Assembly: GCF_009914755.1 (NCBI RefSeq)
Contig: NC_060934.1
Reading direction: 5' to 3' (one strand)
Length of the DNA stretch: 64,000 nucleotides
From: the human T2T-CHM13v2.0 reference genome, Homo sapiens
Shown here one piece after another: positions 43,577 through 55,714 of this stretch. A model generated the notes under the pieces. It was not told the DNA's origin. It did no database searches and saw nothing but the letters and a program-made list of their open reading frames with translations. Within the stretch, counting starts at the first letter, position 1. Each line of letters opens with the position of its first letter. The position numbers and the translations under genes are program-made.

Positions 43577-45559
43577 TTACATTGAAATATTAATGGGTTA
43601 CACATGGTAGATTTGAAGCATTCTGTATGCACTGCGTACTTGTACTAAAATCCTCTGTCCACTCATCTGCTTTCTCATTGGTCTGGGAAAAAGTTAAGGT
43701 ATGTCACGTTAGTCTATGTGTCCTGGGGCCTTGAGCTACACCTTGTAGATCTGTAGTAAACATTTCCTGACCCCCAACCAAGAGCGAAAATGTCAAAGTC
43801 TTTCACATTACCCTTGTTAAGACTAAATTAAGGCTCTTGCAAATATAATCACATCTTTCTCTTTCATACATTTGGTGAGGGAGCACTGGCTTTTATTCTG
43901 GGATCATTGCTCTCTGCCATCCTTCCCAATCCATTGCTCTCCATTTGTCCACCCACCGCTAAATCTTCACCTCCTAAACCAGTTCTATTTGGACTGGCCA
44001 TCAGCCCAATCCATACAACCTTCCTTCCCTTCTCTCCTCTCGCACTTGGGCCTCTCACCTTGGCTTTACTTTGGAGAAAGTTTAAAAGGCCGGTCTCCTC
44101 CGTCCCCTTTAATAATATTATGTTATCTTGATCAGCATTTGTATTTCACATTGTAAGATTCTGGCCTGAATTCTGACTTCACTGGGGAAGGGGAGGGAGT
44201 TGGAAAGAGGATTGTTGATGACGGCGATATTTTATTACGTGTGATGGTCATGGGTTAGACGTTCAGCTCTTCAAGCTGGAGGCTGAGGGTGGGGAAGGGG
44301 AGAGGACACTAAGTATCATGAAGTCACAGTGCAAGATATTTTTCAAGGAGACATCAAAGCCTTTTTCCATGGTGTCTTGCCTTGACCCCATTTCACACTG
44401 GCAAAACACAAACTCAAATTAAAGTAAAAATACCAGGACAGCTCCATTTAGCCAGTTGGGCTGCTGGGCTAAGTGACTGACTTTATTAAAATCGCCAAAT
44501 GCAAACATTCCAAGATTTATTTTCCTTGCTTATAATTTTGCTGCCTTTCCACTGGTGGGCTGTTTATTTCTAATAATTTGGTAGAAAAAAACATTGGCTC
44601 ATACCAGTGGAGGTCTTATATGCCAAACTGCAAACCAGAGCACATTTTACTGAGGAATAAAACCCCTGGAATACAGGCTCCGGGGGGCCCGCTGACGGCA
44701 AATTTACAAGCGTAGTACAATTGACGCCATTATAATTAGTTCCCCCCAAAAGTCTTATTTTTCAGGGCAGAGATCCGACTCTTTCTCTTTACACATGAAT
44801 ATCTCCGGACTAGAGCAAGAACATTACAGAGGGTGAGTCATAGACCGGCTTTGGGCTTTAAAGATTAACGCAGATCCTATAAATCTAACCCACATTCTTT
44901 TACTGGGAATGACTGACTTTTATGAAAACCAAGGATTGTAAATCAGAAACCTAAATAGCTTACTTTGCAGCAGATAAACACAGATTTATGTAGTGAGGGA
45001 GCCCTAAGTTAACCCTTTCATGGGGCCACGGCGGACCTGAGGGTATGTGTGCGGTGGGGGTGGGTTCCATCAGCACTGATGTTCCTTTCTAAACACTGCA
45101 CGGTGGAGAGGAGACATGCCACATGTTTATCTCCAGCAGACTGAGGTGGGAGGCAGGAGGAGTGCGTCTTCTTGAGCCAAGTGAGCTTCCTACTGATCCA
45201 TCTCAGCTGGGTGCACTTTAAGCAGACAAGATTTGGCCCCTGATTATTTCAAAGGACAGTTTCCAACTTGAAGTGACACACACACCAGGGCTAACCTAGA
45301 AGGGGCTTCTGCACTCGTGCTCGTATGCGAGCCTATGGTAGCCTGGGCTTCTAATCATCAGCCGTGTAATCTCTGACAAAGCACCAAACCTCTGCGGACC
45401 TCAACCTTCTCGTCAGCAACATGCTGCACCTGTCATGTCATAAGGATTAAACAGGACAGTTTTGTAAGGTGCTTAAAACAGTGCTGGACTCACGCTAGGC
45501 ACTCGATACATATTAGCCAGTATTATTCCTATTGTTACTAGAGCCACTGGTTACATAGA

Positions 45560-45710
45560 CCGGGCTTCTCAAACTACTGCGCACACAAGTCGCCTAGGGA
45601 CCGAATTAACGTGCAGCCCTGATGCAGCCGCCTGAGACCCGCCTTTGCAGCAGCCTGCCAGGAGGTGCGGATGCTGCCGGCGCCTGGACCGCGCGTTGAG
45701 CAGTGCAGGT
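45560..45710 (+). mobile_element. GC-shifted MER5A1-like MITE at the edge of CpG island 2
   Basis: ttctcaaact...gcctgagacc...gatgctgccggcgcctggaccgcgcgttgagcag is collinear with MER5A1. Confidence 0.65.
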
Positions 45711-46650
45711 GAACAGCTCGCCTAACGCACAAGCCACGCCCACACCCTTTCTACACGCTTTCTCGTTCACTTCTCATTGCAACTCCTTCCGCCGCGTGGA
45801 CAGGTTCAGCACTCTCGGAGTCGATGTCATTATTCGCCATCGACGCGAACCTCGGCAAAGAGACGGGTCTTACCGGTCTCCGAATGTTCTCAGGCCCTAA
45901 GCGCGCAGCCCCGCACCCGGGTGCAGCCGGCGCGGTCCCACGTGTCCCTACCGCGAGCCGCTCCCCGCGTCCCTGCTGCCGCCGCGCGCTTAACTCTGCC
46001 TGCCCGCCCGCCCCACCCCGCCCGGCCGTTCCTGCGCAGCCCTGGGTCGGCCTCGCGCTTCTGTGTTTAAACGAGCCTCGCCCTTGTGTTGCCCACTGCA
46101 ACTTTAAAGGGAAACAGGGCCCGCTGATCCCGGGAGGGAGAGAAGGACATCTATCATTTTTATGTGGCATTTCAAAGGAGGAGGCCTAGGCAGTCCACAG
46201 ACAAAGGCCCGCTGCGGGGTTAATGGAGAACCCCCATTTAATCATTAACGCTTAATACTAAACCCGCCCAGAGGAGGCCCGCCTGAGGGGGGTGCAGAGG
46301 GTCGCCGGGAGGCCCTGGCTCAGCCCTTGGGGGCTGAGGGGCCCTATGGGGGTCGGACGGGTTCAGGGCTGTCGTGGGTTGCTATGGAGTTGGGGCTCCG
46401 GGCCATCCTTGCAGAAGGGGGTTTCTGCTGAAGCTCAGGGTGGGAGCGTGAGAAAGGAGGGAGTGGTCACCGAGGAGGCACCAACTGGGGAACTGAGTGC
46501 TTTCCACGGGCTCCCCTTGCCCTGGGAAGGTGAAAGCATTAGTTTACTTTCTAGGCCCGACCTGAAATCCGAGTAAACCACGCAAATCCACGCGCACCTG
46601 GCCTGTGGTCCCCTGCGAATGTGGGGCCTCCGCAGTGCTTCCTCCTTCTG
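45560..46650. promoter_or_regulatory. CpG island 2 (no gene evident)
   Basis: Dense CpG; GC-box cluster at 46003-46023; HNF1-like tttaatcattaac at 46237-46249. Confidence 0.8.
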
Positions 46651-49169
46651 CCAGGGTTGTGACATGGGCATCCCCAGGCTCTTTGGAGCGCCCCTCCCCA
46701 CCCCACTCAACCCCAGCACTGAGGCATCCCCAGACTCTGACATATGCTGACGCCCCCCACCCTCAGGTGCCCACCTCTCACCCCTCTGTCTGCCCCAGCT
46801 CCCCACCCTTATCACATTTTAATCACTTACCTGGAGCTGGGAATAAGCTGCCTCCTCATTGTTTTCCCAAATGCTTGAACAAAGCCTGGCATTGCACAGT
46901 GAGAAAGTCATTTCCTTTCCAATGCCCCTCCAAACCTGAGGAGGAGGAGGAGCAGAAAACGTGGCCAGCACAGGCTTTGACCCCTGCTGCGCACCTGTTC
47001 AGCCTTTTCTTAAAAGAGGAGAGCAGACCTCAGGCCCTAAACTGACCCTGGTTTCTGGCCAGAATTTAATACGCACCGTAGTGTGTTAACTCCCTTCTAC
47101 TTAACTTTTAATTTTTTTTTATTTTGAAGTTTAGCACCATCCGTGATGTTAACTGGATGTAAAACGGAGTGAATCATCACAAACTGAACAACCTGTGAAA
47201 CCAGCACCCAGATGGAGAAACAGAATTTGCTAATTTTGAATTCACAAAACAGAATTTTTCTGGGCTCCGGGAAGCCCCTCCCCCATCCCTTTCCACTCTC
47301 TATCCCTCCTTCCAGAAGGGCAGCCACTCTCCTAACTCCCAACAGAAGATAATTTTGCCTGCGTTTAGTTTTCCATCAGTCATTTAAATGGACTCACCTG
47401 GGCTCAGCTTCTCTCCCTCAACCTGTTGGTGATTTCCATTTGTGTTCAGTGGTATGTAGTTGTAGATTTTTCATTCCCTTTGCTGAAGAGTATTCATTGT
47501 GTTTATTTTTATGGTGACTTTCTATGTGTAATACACAGATGCCGGTTTTCTATTTACCTCCATCTCTACATGTTCAAATTACAAAACAATAAAACAAATC
47601 GAGTTCATTTAAAAAATCAAACACAGCCCTGGTGGGACACAGATACCGCAGCAGTAGTGTGGACGGTGCATGAGTCGTTAAGATGTGGCATTTCAACCTA
47701 GTAATTTAGAGAGATGGGGCTTCTGATCCTGTGCACATGCCTGGGTTGGGCCAGTTTTAAAACTTGTCAAATGGGAGCTTAATAGAGTCTCCTGGGGGCT
47801 CCCTTGCAGGCCCAGCACCACGGTGGCATCCCCCAGTTGCAGCTCCCTGGTATGTATTAAAAGGACCTATTGGGTTTACAGGTGTGGCCTCCAGTACCTC
47901 TCCCAAAGCACTCATGTGGTAGAAGTGGGTGGGCCTGCCTTAGGGCTCTCAGGACACACTGCTGACCTTTCCTGCCTCCCTGTGGGAAAATTCCCCAGGA
48001 GGAGATAAGATCAGTATAGTTAGGGCCTTGCAGGGGGCCTCCTGCCCCAGGAGCAGGATAGAAGGAAACAGTTCAGATCTGGCTTAAGCCAAGTGCCTAC
48101 CCCTATCCACCAACCCCCGCCCCCAGGGCTCTGTCTCCAACTGGAGCTTCTGCAAATCCTGCTCTCCTTTCCCTGCTGAGGGAGAGACCCTCCTGGAAAT
48201 AGCACCCAGCCAGGATCCCCTCAGGGCTGTAAGCAAAGGAAGGCTGAGAGAAACTTGAGCCCCTGCTTTGGGCTCAATTCGCTCAATTCGGTGTAGATTT
48301 CAGTTTCTCCCTCAAGAGAGCAAAAGTAACTCACAGACCCTAAGGAGAGATGATACTGACTTGTTTACCTTCAGATAGTGCTTTGAAAGTCCTGTTGACT
48401 CATTCATCTTGGAGATCCGATCACCCTGCGGTTGATCTCCCACACTTACTAGGCTGAGAAGAAAGACGTCTCTTCTCTCCTTACAAACCCAAATTTGAAT
48501 CCCAGCTCCCCATCCCTTCATAGCTCCGTGACCTTTTGCAAGTCCCTTAACCTCTCCCAACCTTAATTTCCTGGTGTGTAATGTGAAGGTAATAGTACAC
48601 TTCTTGCAGGGCACTGGTGAGAACTAAATGGGCTGGTGCTGTCCAAGCATTTGGCAAGAAGCAGCTCACTAAGCAGTGTTGGGCTCCATATGTGCAAAAA
48701 GAGGGACAGAAAAACCTCACTTTGAACCCAAAATATCTAGTTTTTAACCCCAGTTTTGGGTGCTTCTTCATTCCAGTTCAGTTTTTTCTTTGAACAGAAG
48801 AGAGAAATGAGAGAAAGAGGCAGAGCTCTGCTTGTCATACCAAGGTGATTCTGGCTGGCTTAGGGTCTCAGGTTTCACCTGCAGTGTGATCCTCCCGGGG
48901 CTTATTTATTTCCAATGCAGCCTTCGAGATGCTTCCAAAGGGATATCTCAGCACCCTCAGCAAAGGCCCCAGTGCAGGATTCTAGCAAACACCTGCCGCA
49001 GGATAGGGCCTCTGCTACTTGGGAAACCTTACTCCCTACTCCCTAAGGACCACATGTTCTATTCTGGGACTCACAAACATTATTAGACATTTCTGATGCT
49101 TAAAAGAAAAAATCCAAGTTAAATTCCAAAAAATTTATGTGCAACAATTGGGTTTTCCTGTCTTGAACC

Positions 49170-49281
49170 GAGATTAACCAACTTGACATCATTTGCCTGG
49201 GATTTTCCTGGTTTTAGCACTGAAATTCCCCATCCCAAAACACCTCCAATCTCAGATAAACCAGGATAATGGATCACCCTA
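49170..49281. mobile_element. MER81 hAT-Blackjack MITE
   Basis: tttgcctgggattttcctggttttagcactgaaa...ggatcacccta. Confidence 0.7.
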
Positions 49282-49420
49282 CCCAAATGGCTTCATCACA
49301 TTCTGCTCTGGTTATTTGCTGCCTCACCCTAATTAATAGCTACGTTTATTAAGCAGAGACTCTGCTAAGCACATTTCCTACATAATTTCACCTGACTTTC
49401 CTAATAATCCTATGAGTAAA

Positions 49421-49454
<34 letters not shown>
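49421..49454. repeat. (TAT)11 microsatellite
   Basis: Perfect trinucleotide run. Confidence 0.97.
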
Positions 49455-49816
49455 GAAACTAGCATACTTCCTGTTTCTGTGCTAAACAATACTGAAACTA
49501 GGAAAAATAATTTAGTTGCTTGCTCTAGGAAATACTTCCTGCTGGAAAACAAAGCTGCTGCCCTGTTTTCTTATCAAGACCAAAAGCTTGCTAATCATTA
49601 CTCACTCTAAGACCCTAGCCTGACAGTGCACACTGATCAAAAGGTCCAGTCTTTCAAGAGCTGCCTTAAAATCACACAGCTCAGAAGAGAAAGCCCTGTC
49701 AATACCCTTCTTTCTACTCCTACCTTCTGAGACTGTGCAGGTAGTGGGCACCCTACCTTCTAGTATACTTTCCTGAGGTTCTTTTTGAGAAGTCAGCTGT
49801 CAGCATTATTTCCCTA

Positions 49817-50400
49817 GTTTTAATGAGGCATCTGAAGCTCAAAGAGATGAAGCATTTTTTTTTGATGAACAGTGAGTACTTACTGGTTTTGCTGGTTGAG
49901 TCCCTCTCAGGGTTAGCCAGTTCCCCCAAACAGCAAACAAGTTTCCCACAAGAACTCACACAAGCAAACCAACCAATCCCAACCACACACCCACAACCCC
50001 CTCCTCTATGGGGCTCTCACACTCTGGGCCACTGTTCTCTTGCCCTAGCTACCTTAGGGCCAGGAACCAGACAACTAGGGACAGCCCTACAACCCCAGAG
50101 CCCACTGGAATGAGGCACACCAGCCAGCCCTCCGCCTGCTGGGCCTGACTTACCTGTTTGCTCCCTTGGAAACCACAATAAAGTTTCCTGCCCATTTCCC
50201 CCTCCCCCTCCCCCTCCTGCCAGGCCCTGGTGCTTCCCCGAGTGCCCACCCCCACTCCCCATACCCCCTGCCCCATAGTGTGTCCTGCCCCTTCTCCTGG
50301 GATTTGTGAGTGTAGCACTATTCCTTTTCAATGGCATCCATCTCCTGATCTGTTGGCCTCACTGTACCTGATTAATAATAAAACTTTCCTTTTAAAATAC
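49817..50400 (+). mobile_element. MER74-type ERVL LTR
   Basis: accagacaactagggacagccc...ggaaaccacaataaag...ctcctgatctgttggcc...taataataaaac. Confidence 0.7.
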
Positions 50401-50770
50401 TTGTGTCTGAGGGACAGAGGGCAGCTCTGGTCACAGGGGTCACAGCTAATGAAATCCAACCCCGTTCTGCTGCTCTGTGGCCATGGTGGCACCGTGTGTG
50501 GCATCACCAGGCTGGGCCATGCTGGGCTGAGGCTGAGGGCTGCTAACAAGTGTCCTTTGTGCAAAACCACCCATTCCTATGGGCTGCAGGCTCCTCTTCT
50601 GCCCAAGTCCATAAGAGTCCAAGCCAGTCATACTGTTCAGCTCTGCACCTGCCGATGACCTCCGAGCACTGTTGTGTGCTCAGCAGCCCTGACACAGCCC
50701 CTGCCTCATGGGACCACCAATTGGAGGGTACCCCAGGGAGCAACTCCCCAGCCCCCAGTTTCTATGTTTC

Positions 50771-51110
50771 TGTACTAGTCTGTTCTCACAGTGCTAATAA
50801 GGACATACCTGAGACTGGGTAATTTATAAAGGAAAAAGGTGTAATCAACTCACAGTTCCACATGGCTTGGGAGGCCTCACAATCATGGTGGAAGGTGAAT
50901 GAGGAGCAAAGTCATGTCTTACATGGTGGCAGGCAAAAGGCATGTGCAGGGGAACTCCCCTTTATAAAACCATCAAATCTCGTGAGACTTATTCACTATC
51001 ACGAGAATAGCATGAGAAAAACCCGCCCCCATGATCCAATCACCTCCCCCTTGGCCCCTCCTCCAATTCAACATGAGATTTGGGCAGGGACACAAATCCA
51101 AACTATACCA
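50771..51110 (-). mobile_element. THE1/MST MaLR LTR (possibly chimeric)
   Basis: THE1-like ttctcacagtgctaataaggacatacctgagactggg; MSTA-like gatttgggcagggacacaaatccaaac. Confidence 0.85.
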
Positions 51111-51504
51111 AGCTGTCATTAGGAAGTACCACAGATAGAGTGGCTTAAACAACAGAGATTTATTTTCTCACAGTTATAGAGGCTAGCAGTCCAAAATCAA
51201 GGCATTGGCAGGGCTAGTTTCTCTCAAGGCTTCTCCCCATGGCTTGCAGATGGCCACCTTTTCACAGTGTCTTCACGCGGTGTCCCTCTGTCTGTGTATG
51301 CTTCTGTTGTCTTTCCATGGGTCCAAATTTCCTCTTCTTATAAGCACACCAGTCACATTGGATTAAGGCCCACCCTGAAGCCTTCATTGTAGCTTAATTA
51401 CCTCTCAGAAGATTTTTTCTTCAAACATGGTTAGGTTCTAAGGTGCTGAGAGTGAGGACTTCAACATCTAAATTTGGGGCAGGGACACACTTCAGCCCAT
51501 AACA
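51111..51504 (-). mobile_element. MLT1B-like LTR
   Basis: gtggcttaaacaacagag...gaggacttcaacat...cagcccataaca. Confidence 0.75.
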
Positions 51505-52225
51505 GGTGGTGTATGCACATGTCAGCTCAAGCACACAAGATGGAACACAAGTGAGCAAGTGGCTTCTGTGTGAGGAAGGTAGAGAAAATTCCTCAAGTGT
51601 ATAAGGCTCAGGATGGGATCCATCACCTTGGGGCAAAATGTCCAGCTCTAGTCCCAGTCTGCCATGTCCTGGCCACAGAACCTCAGGTGGTACGCCTCTT
51701 CTCAAAGCCATGCTTTCATTGTTTCAGGAGGGAGAATGATCATGGTCTCGGAGGCTGACGGTGAGGAGTTAACAGTGTAATTTGTGTGTAGCAGTTCCAC
51801 CAGCTGACATTTGTGAGAATGACAACTTTGAATGACAACTTCCTTTTTAATTTTTTTTTTCTAATTTATTTTTGCTTCCCTTTAGTGAGCTGTAGGGAAA
51901 CTTTTGGCATTTTCCCTGCCTCCTGGGGTTTGTTTTAAAGTCCAAGTGCTTAGTAAATGTCAGCAGTTGGATTTAAAGATTCTTGGTAAAACCAGCTTGA
52001 GAGACACAAATGTGCTCATAGATTTGTACATGATTAGACAACTGTCAAGTGCAGTAGAAAGTAGCCATTGGGATTATTTTCCAAAGGTCTTAGATGTCTC
52101 CACCACTCTGCCTCTTTCTATGAGCTACTTAAGCTCACCCTCTGTTACCTACTGAATGAATGTTTGTTCCCCTCAAATTTATGTTGAGATCCTAACCCCT
52201 GATGTGATGGTGTTAAGAGGTGAAG

Positions 52226-52505
<280 letters not shown>

Positions 52506-52589
52506 GAGGTGAAGTCTTTAGGAGGTGAATTAGGTCATGAAGGTGAAGCCCTCATGAATGGGATTAGTGCTCTTAGAAGAGATACAAGA

Positions 52590-52882
52590 GGCTAGGCACG
52601 GTGGCTCATGCCTGTATTCCCAGCACTTTAGGAGGCTGAGGCAGGTGGATCACTTGAGGTCAGGAGTTCGAGACAAGCCTGGCCAACATGGTGAAACCCC
52701 GTCTCTAGGAAAAATACAAAAATTAGTTGGATGCAGTGGTGTATGCTTGTAGTCCCAGCTACTCAGGAGGCTGAGGCATGAGAATCACTTGAACCCAGGA
52801 GGCAGAGGTTGCATTGGGCTGAGATCGCACCACTGCACTCCAGCATGGGTGACTGAGTGAGATTCGGTGAAAAAAAATAAAA
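52590..52882 (+). mobile_element. AluS
   Basis: TSD agagatacaaga. Confidence 0.9.
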
Positions 52883-53782
52883 GAGAGAGAGATACAAGAG
52901 CTTCCTGTCTCTGCTCTCCCCCATGTGAGAACACTGCAAGAAAACAGCCATCTGCAAACCAGGAAGAGGGATCTCACCAGAACCTGACCATGCTGGCACC
53001 CTGATCACAGACTTCTAGCCTTCAGTATGTGATAAATACATTTGTGTTGTTTAAGCCACCCAGTCTATCACAATTTGTTACAGCAGCTGGAACAGACTAA
53101 GGCACACTCTCCACTGGCATTTCTCAAGGAAATATGTAGAAAAGCAAGACCCATTCCTGTCCTGAAGAGTTAGCATGGACTGGGGGAGGCCAGATGGTAA
53201 AGCAGTCAGCAAACAAGATAGAATGAGGTCTTCTCACCCCAGAAAATGCCACTTGACGCTGTGAGCAGTCTTATAGAGGGTAATTTTAGATCTTATTACC
53301 CAGCAGGGGTGACTTAAGAGCAGCAATATCCCTTGAGCATGTCTAGACTAGGGAGGATGAAAGGCAGTCCAGGCGACATGGGAAACGCTGGAGAGGTGGT
53401 GAAGGAGAGGGAGGACACAGAGAACTGGTGTGGAGACATGTTTGCCTGGCACATGGCAAGAAGGAGAGCAGCAGAGAAGACCAAGAAGGAAGCTGTGGCT
53501 TGAATGCCAAGTTGGGACATCTGGACACACCTCCTTAAGTAACAGAAACTAAAACCAGTATTCAGTAGAAATTGTCCTCATCTAAGTTGGGTTTTTGGAA
53601 GATAACTCAAGCACCTAGCAGAGTGGACTAAAGGGGAGCAGCACTAAGCAGGTGGCCCAGCTGTAGGTATGCCAGTGGTTCAGAAAAGAGGAAGGGAGGA
53701 GCTGGTCTGGGTAGAAGCAGTGGGGACAGAGACACTGGGGAGGCGGAGCTGGTGGCCAGGGCAGGGTGTGGGTGGAGAGAAG

Positions 53783-54650
53783 AGTTTCCTGTTGCTGCTG
53801 TTACGAATCACTACAAAGATGGTGACTTAAAAATAACACAGGCCAGGCACAATGGCTCATGCCTGTAATCTCAGCACTTTGGGAGGCCAAGGTGGGCAGA
53901 TCATTTGGGAGGCCAAGGTGGGCAAATCATTTGAGGTCAGGAGTTCAAGGACAGCCTGGCCAACATGGTGAAACCTGGTATCTATTAAAGTTAGCTGGGT
54001 ATCTAAAAAATTAGCTGGGCACGGTGGCACATGCCTGTAATCTGCTCAGGAGGCTGCTCAGGAGGCTGAGGCAGGAGAATTGCTTGAACCCAGGAAGCAG
54101 AGGTTGCAGTGAGCCAAGATCGCACCACTGCACTCCAGCTTGGGTGTCAGAGCGAGACTCTGTCTCAAAAACAAAAACGAAAAAAACAAACAACAACAAC
54201 AAAAAACCAACCCCACCAACTCCTTGCAGTGCTGTAGGTCAGAGTTTTAGCCAGGTCTGACTGGACTAAAGTCAAAGTGTCACAGGCTGCACCCCTTTCT
54301 GAAGGCTCTCGGGAAAAATCCATTTCCTCATGATTTTTTTTCAGCTTCTAGAGGCTGCCCACACTCCATTCCCTGTGGCCCCTTCCTCCGTCTTCAAAGC
54401 CAGCATCTCTCTGACTTTTTTTGTGTGTGTGATCACGTCTCCCTCTGACCACAGTTGGGAAAGTTTCTCTGATTTAAACAATTCATGTGATTAGATTGGG
54501 CCCATCTGGACACTTTAGGATAATCTCCCCATCTCAAGGTCCTTCATTGAACCACATATGCCAAATCCCCTTTGCCACATAGGGTTACGTGATCACAGGT
54601 TTGAGGAATTAGCATGTGGCTATCTTTGGGGGCCTTATTTTGCCTACCAT
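53783..54650 (-). mobile_element. MLT1C/D LTR interrupted by an Alu
   Basis: agtttcctgttgctgctgttac...gataatctccccatctcaagg...tttgcctaccat. Confidence 0.7.
53841..54206 (+). mobile_element. AluS with three internal tandem duplications
   Basis: Duplications at 53878-53929, 53977-54017 and 54042-54065. Confidence 0.9.
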
Positions 54651-55179
54651 ATTCATTTAGCCACAAGCTCTAAATCCAGGCAGGAACACCTCTCCCGGGG
54701 AGCCCACTGCCTTCATGCTGGTCCACTGTCCTCTCTAAGTATTTGACTCTGAATTACATGAACAGTCCTCTTTCTTGCAGCATTCAACCCAAGTTGTCAG
54801 CTCCAAACCTATCTCTTCAACTCCTCTGCCTTCTCCTAAATAATGTGATTTTTTTCCCTCAGTCCCCTGGGCTCCTGCTGTCACCCTGACCTCTCTGTCT
54901 CTGCCCATATTTCCTTCTTCCCAGATCAGCACTGCTCACAAGGCCTCCTCTCTTGGTGATGAACCCTCAGATGTCTGGAATATAGAAAAAACTTCCTTCA
55001 GCAAGCTCTTGGTTCAGCCAACGTCTCTGCACCCCCTGATGCCAAGGGGAGAGCCTTCTGCAGATACTTCCAGGCCAGCATCTCCTGCCTTTGCCTGTGT
55101 GGAGTCATCACTGTCTCTGCACTCAGGGACCTGCACATACAGAAGGAAGGCTCTCTCTCTATCCCCACATGGTTGCTGC

Positions 55180-55693
55180 TGAGAGCAGCAGAAGGCAGCC
55201 AAATGCCTAGGCAGACAGGGGCAGGTCACTGGTGAAACCCCATCTTCAAGCCGAAGACAGTTTAAAGCCTAAAGCTACAAGTCAAATCCTCGGACCAGTT
55301 TGCAAACTTGTCTTCCCATTTGTTGCACTTTCCTCTGATTGATCCCCACCCTTCACCTATTTTACATAGACCTACCCTTTCCTAATTGGTTTTCTACACT
55401 GCCATGCCCACCTTTGAGTGGTGTCTTCACTTTGACCTTTTTTGCCTACTCACAAACCAATCAGCATGCACTTCCCATTCTGAGTCCATAAAAGACCCCA
55501 GACCCAATCACATGGGGGGCCTTTCCCACCTTCGGATAGGGGAACCACCCCTGGGTCCACTCTTTGCTGACAGCTTTCCTTTTGCTTAATGAATTCACTC
55601 CACTCACTCTCCAGTAGCTGCACACCTAATTCTTCCTGGTTGTGAGACAAAAACTCAGGCCTAGCTGAGCTGAGGAGCAGAAAGACTGCAACA
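55180..55693 (+). mobile_element. 5' LTR of the provirus
   Basis: TG...CA; CCAAT box (ccaatcagc); cataaaag TATA-like; poly(A) signal mutated to AATGAA at 55588-55593. Confidence 0.9.
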
Positions 55694-55696
55694 TTT

Positions 55697-55714
55697 TGGT
55701 GGCTCATATGGGGA
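55697..55714 (+). other. Primer-binding site complementary to tRNA-Ile(AAT)
   Basis: TGGTGGCTCATATGGGGA vs TGGTGGCCCGTACGGGGA, 15/18; two mismatches are CpG decay. Confidence 0.75.

Noticed and set aside
45815-45848. Hairpin gtcgatg...catcgac as a possible structured RNA
   Set aside because: A 7-bp stem is within chance expectation, with no features of a known RNA family.
46162-47696. 14-bp exact repeat atgtggcatttcaa at 46162 and 47683
   Set aside because: Several 14-mer matches are expected by chance in 64 kb, and there is no flanking similarity.
48255-51841. Small tandem duplications (gctcaattc x2 at 48272; gaatgacaactt x2 at 51817)
   Set aside because: Isolated, ordinary slippage events.
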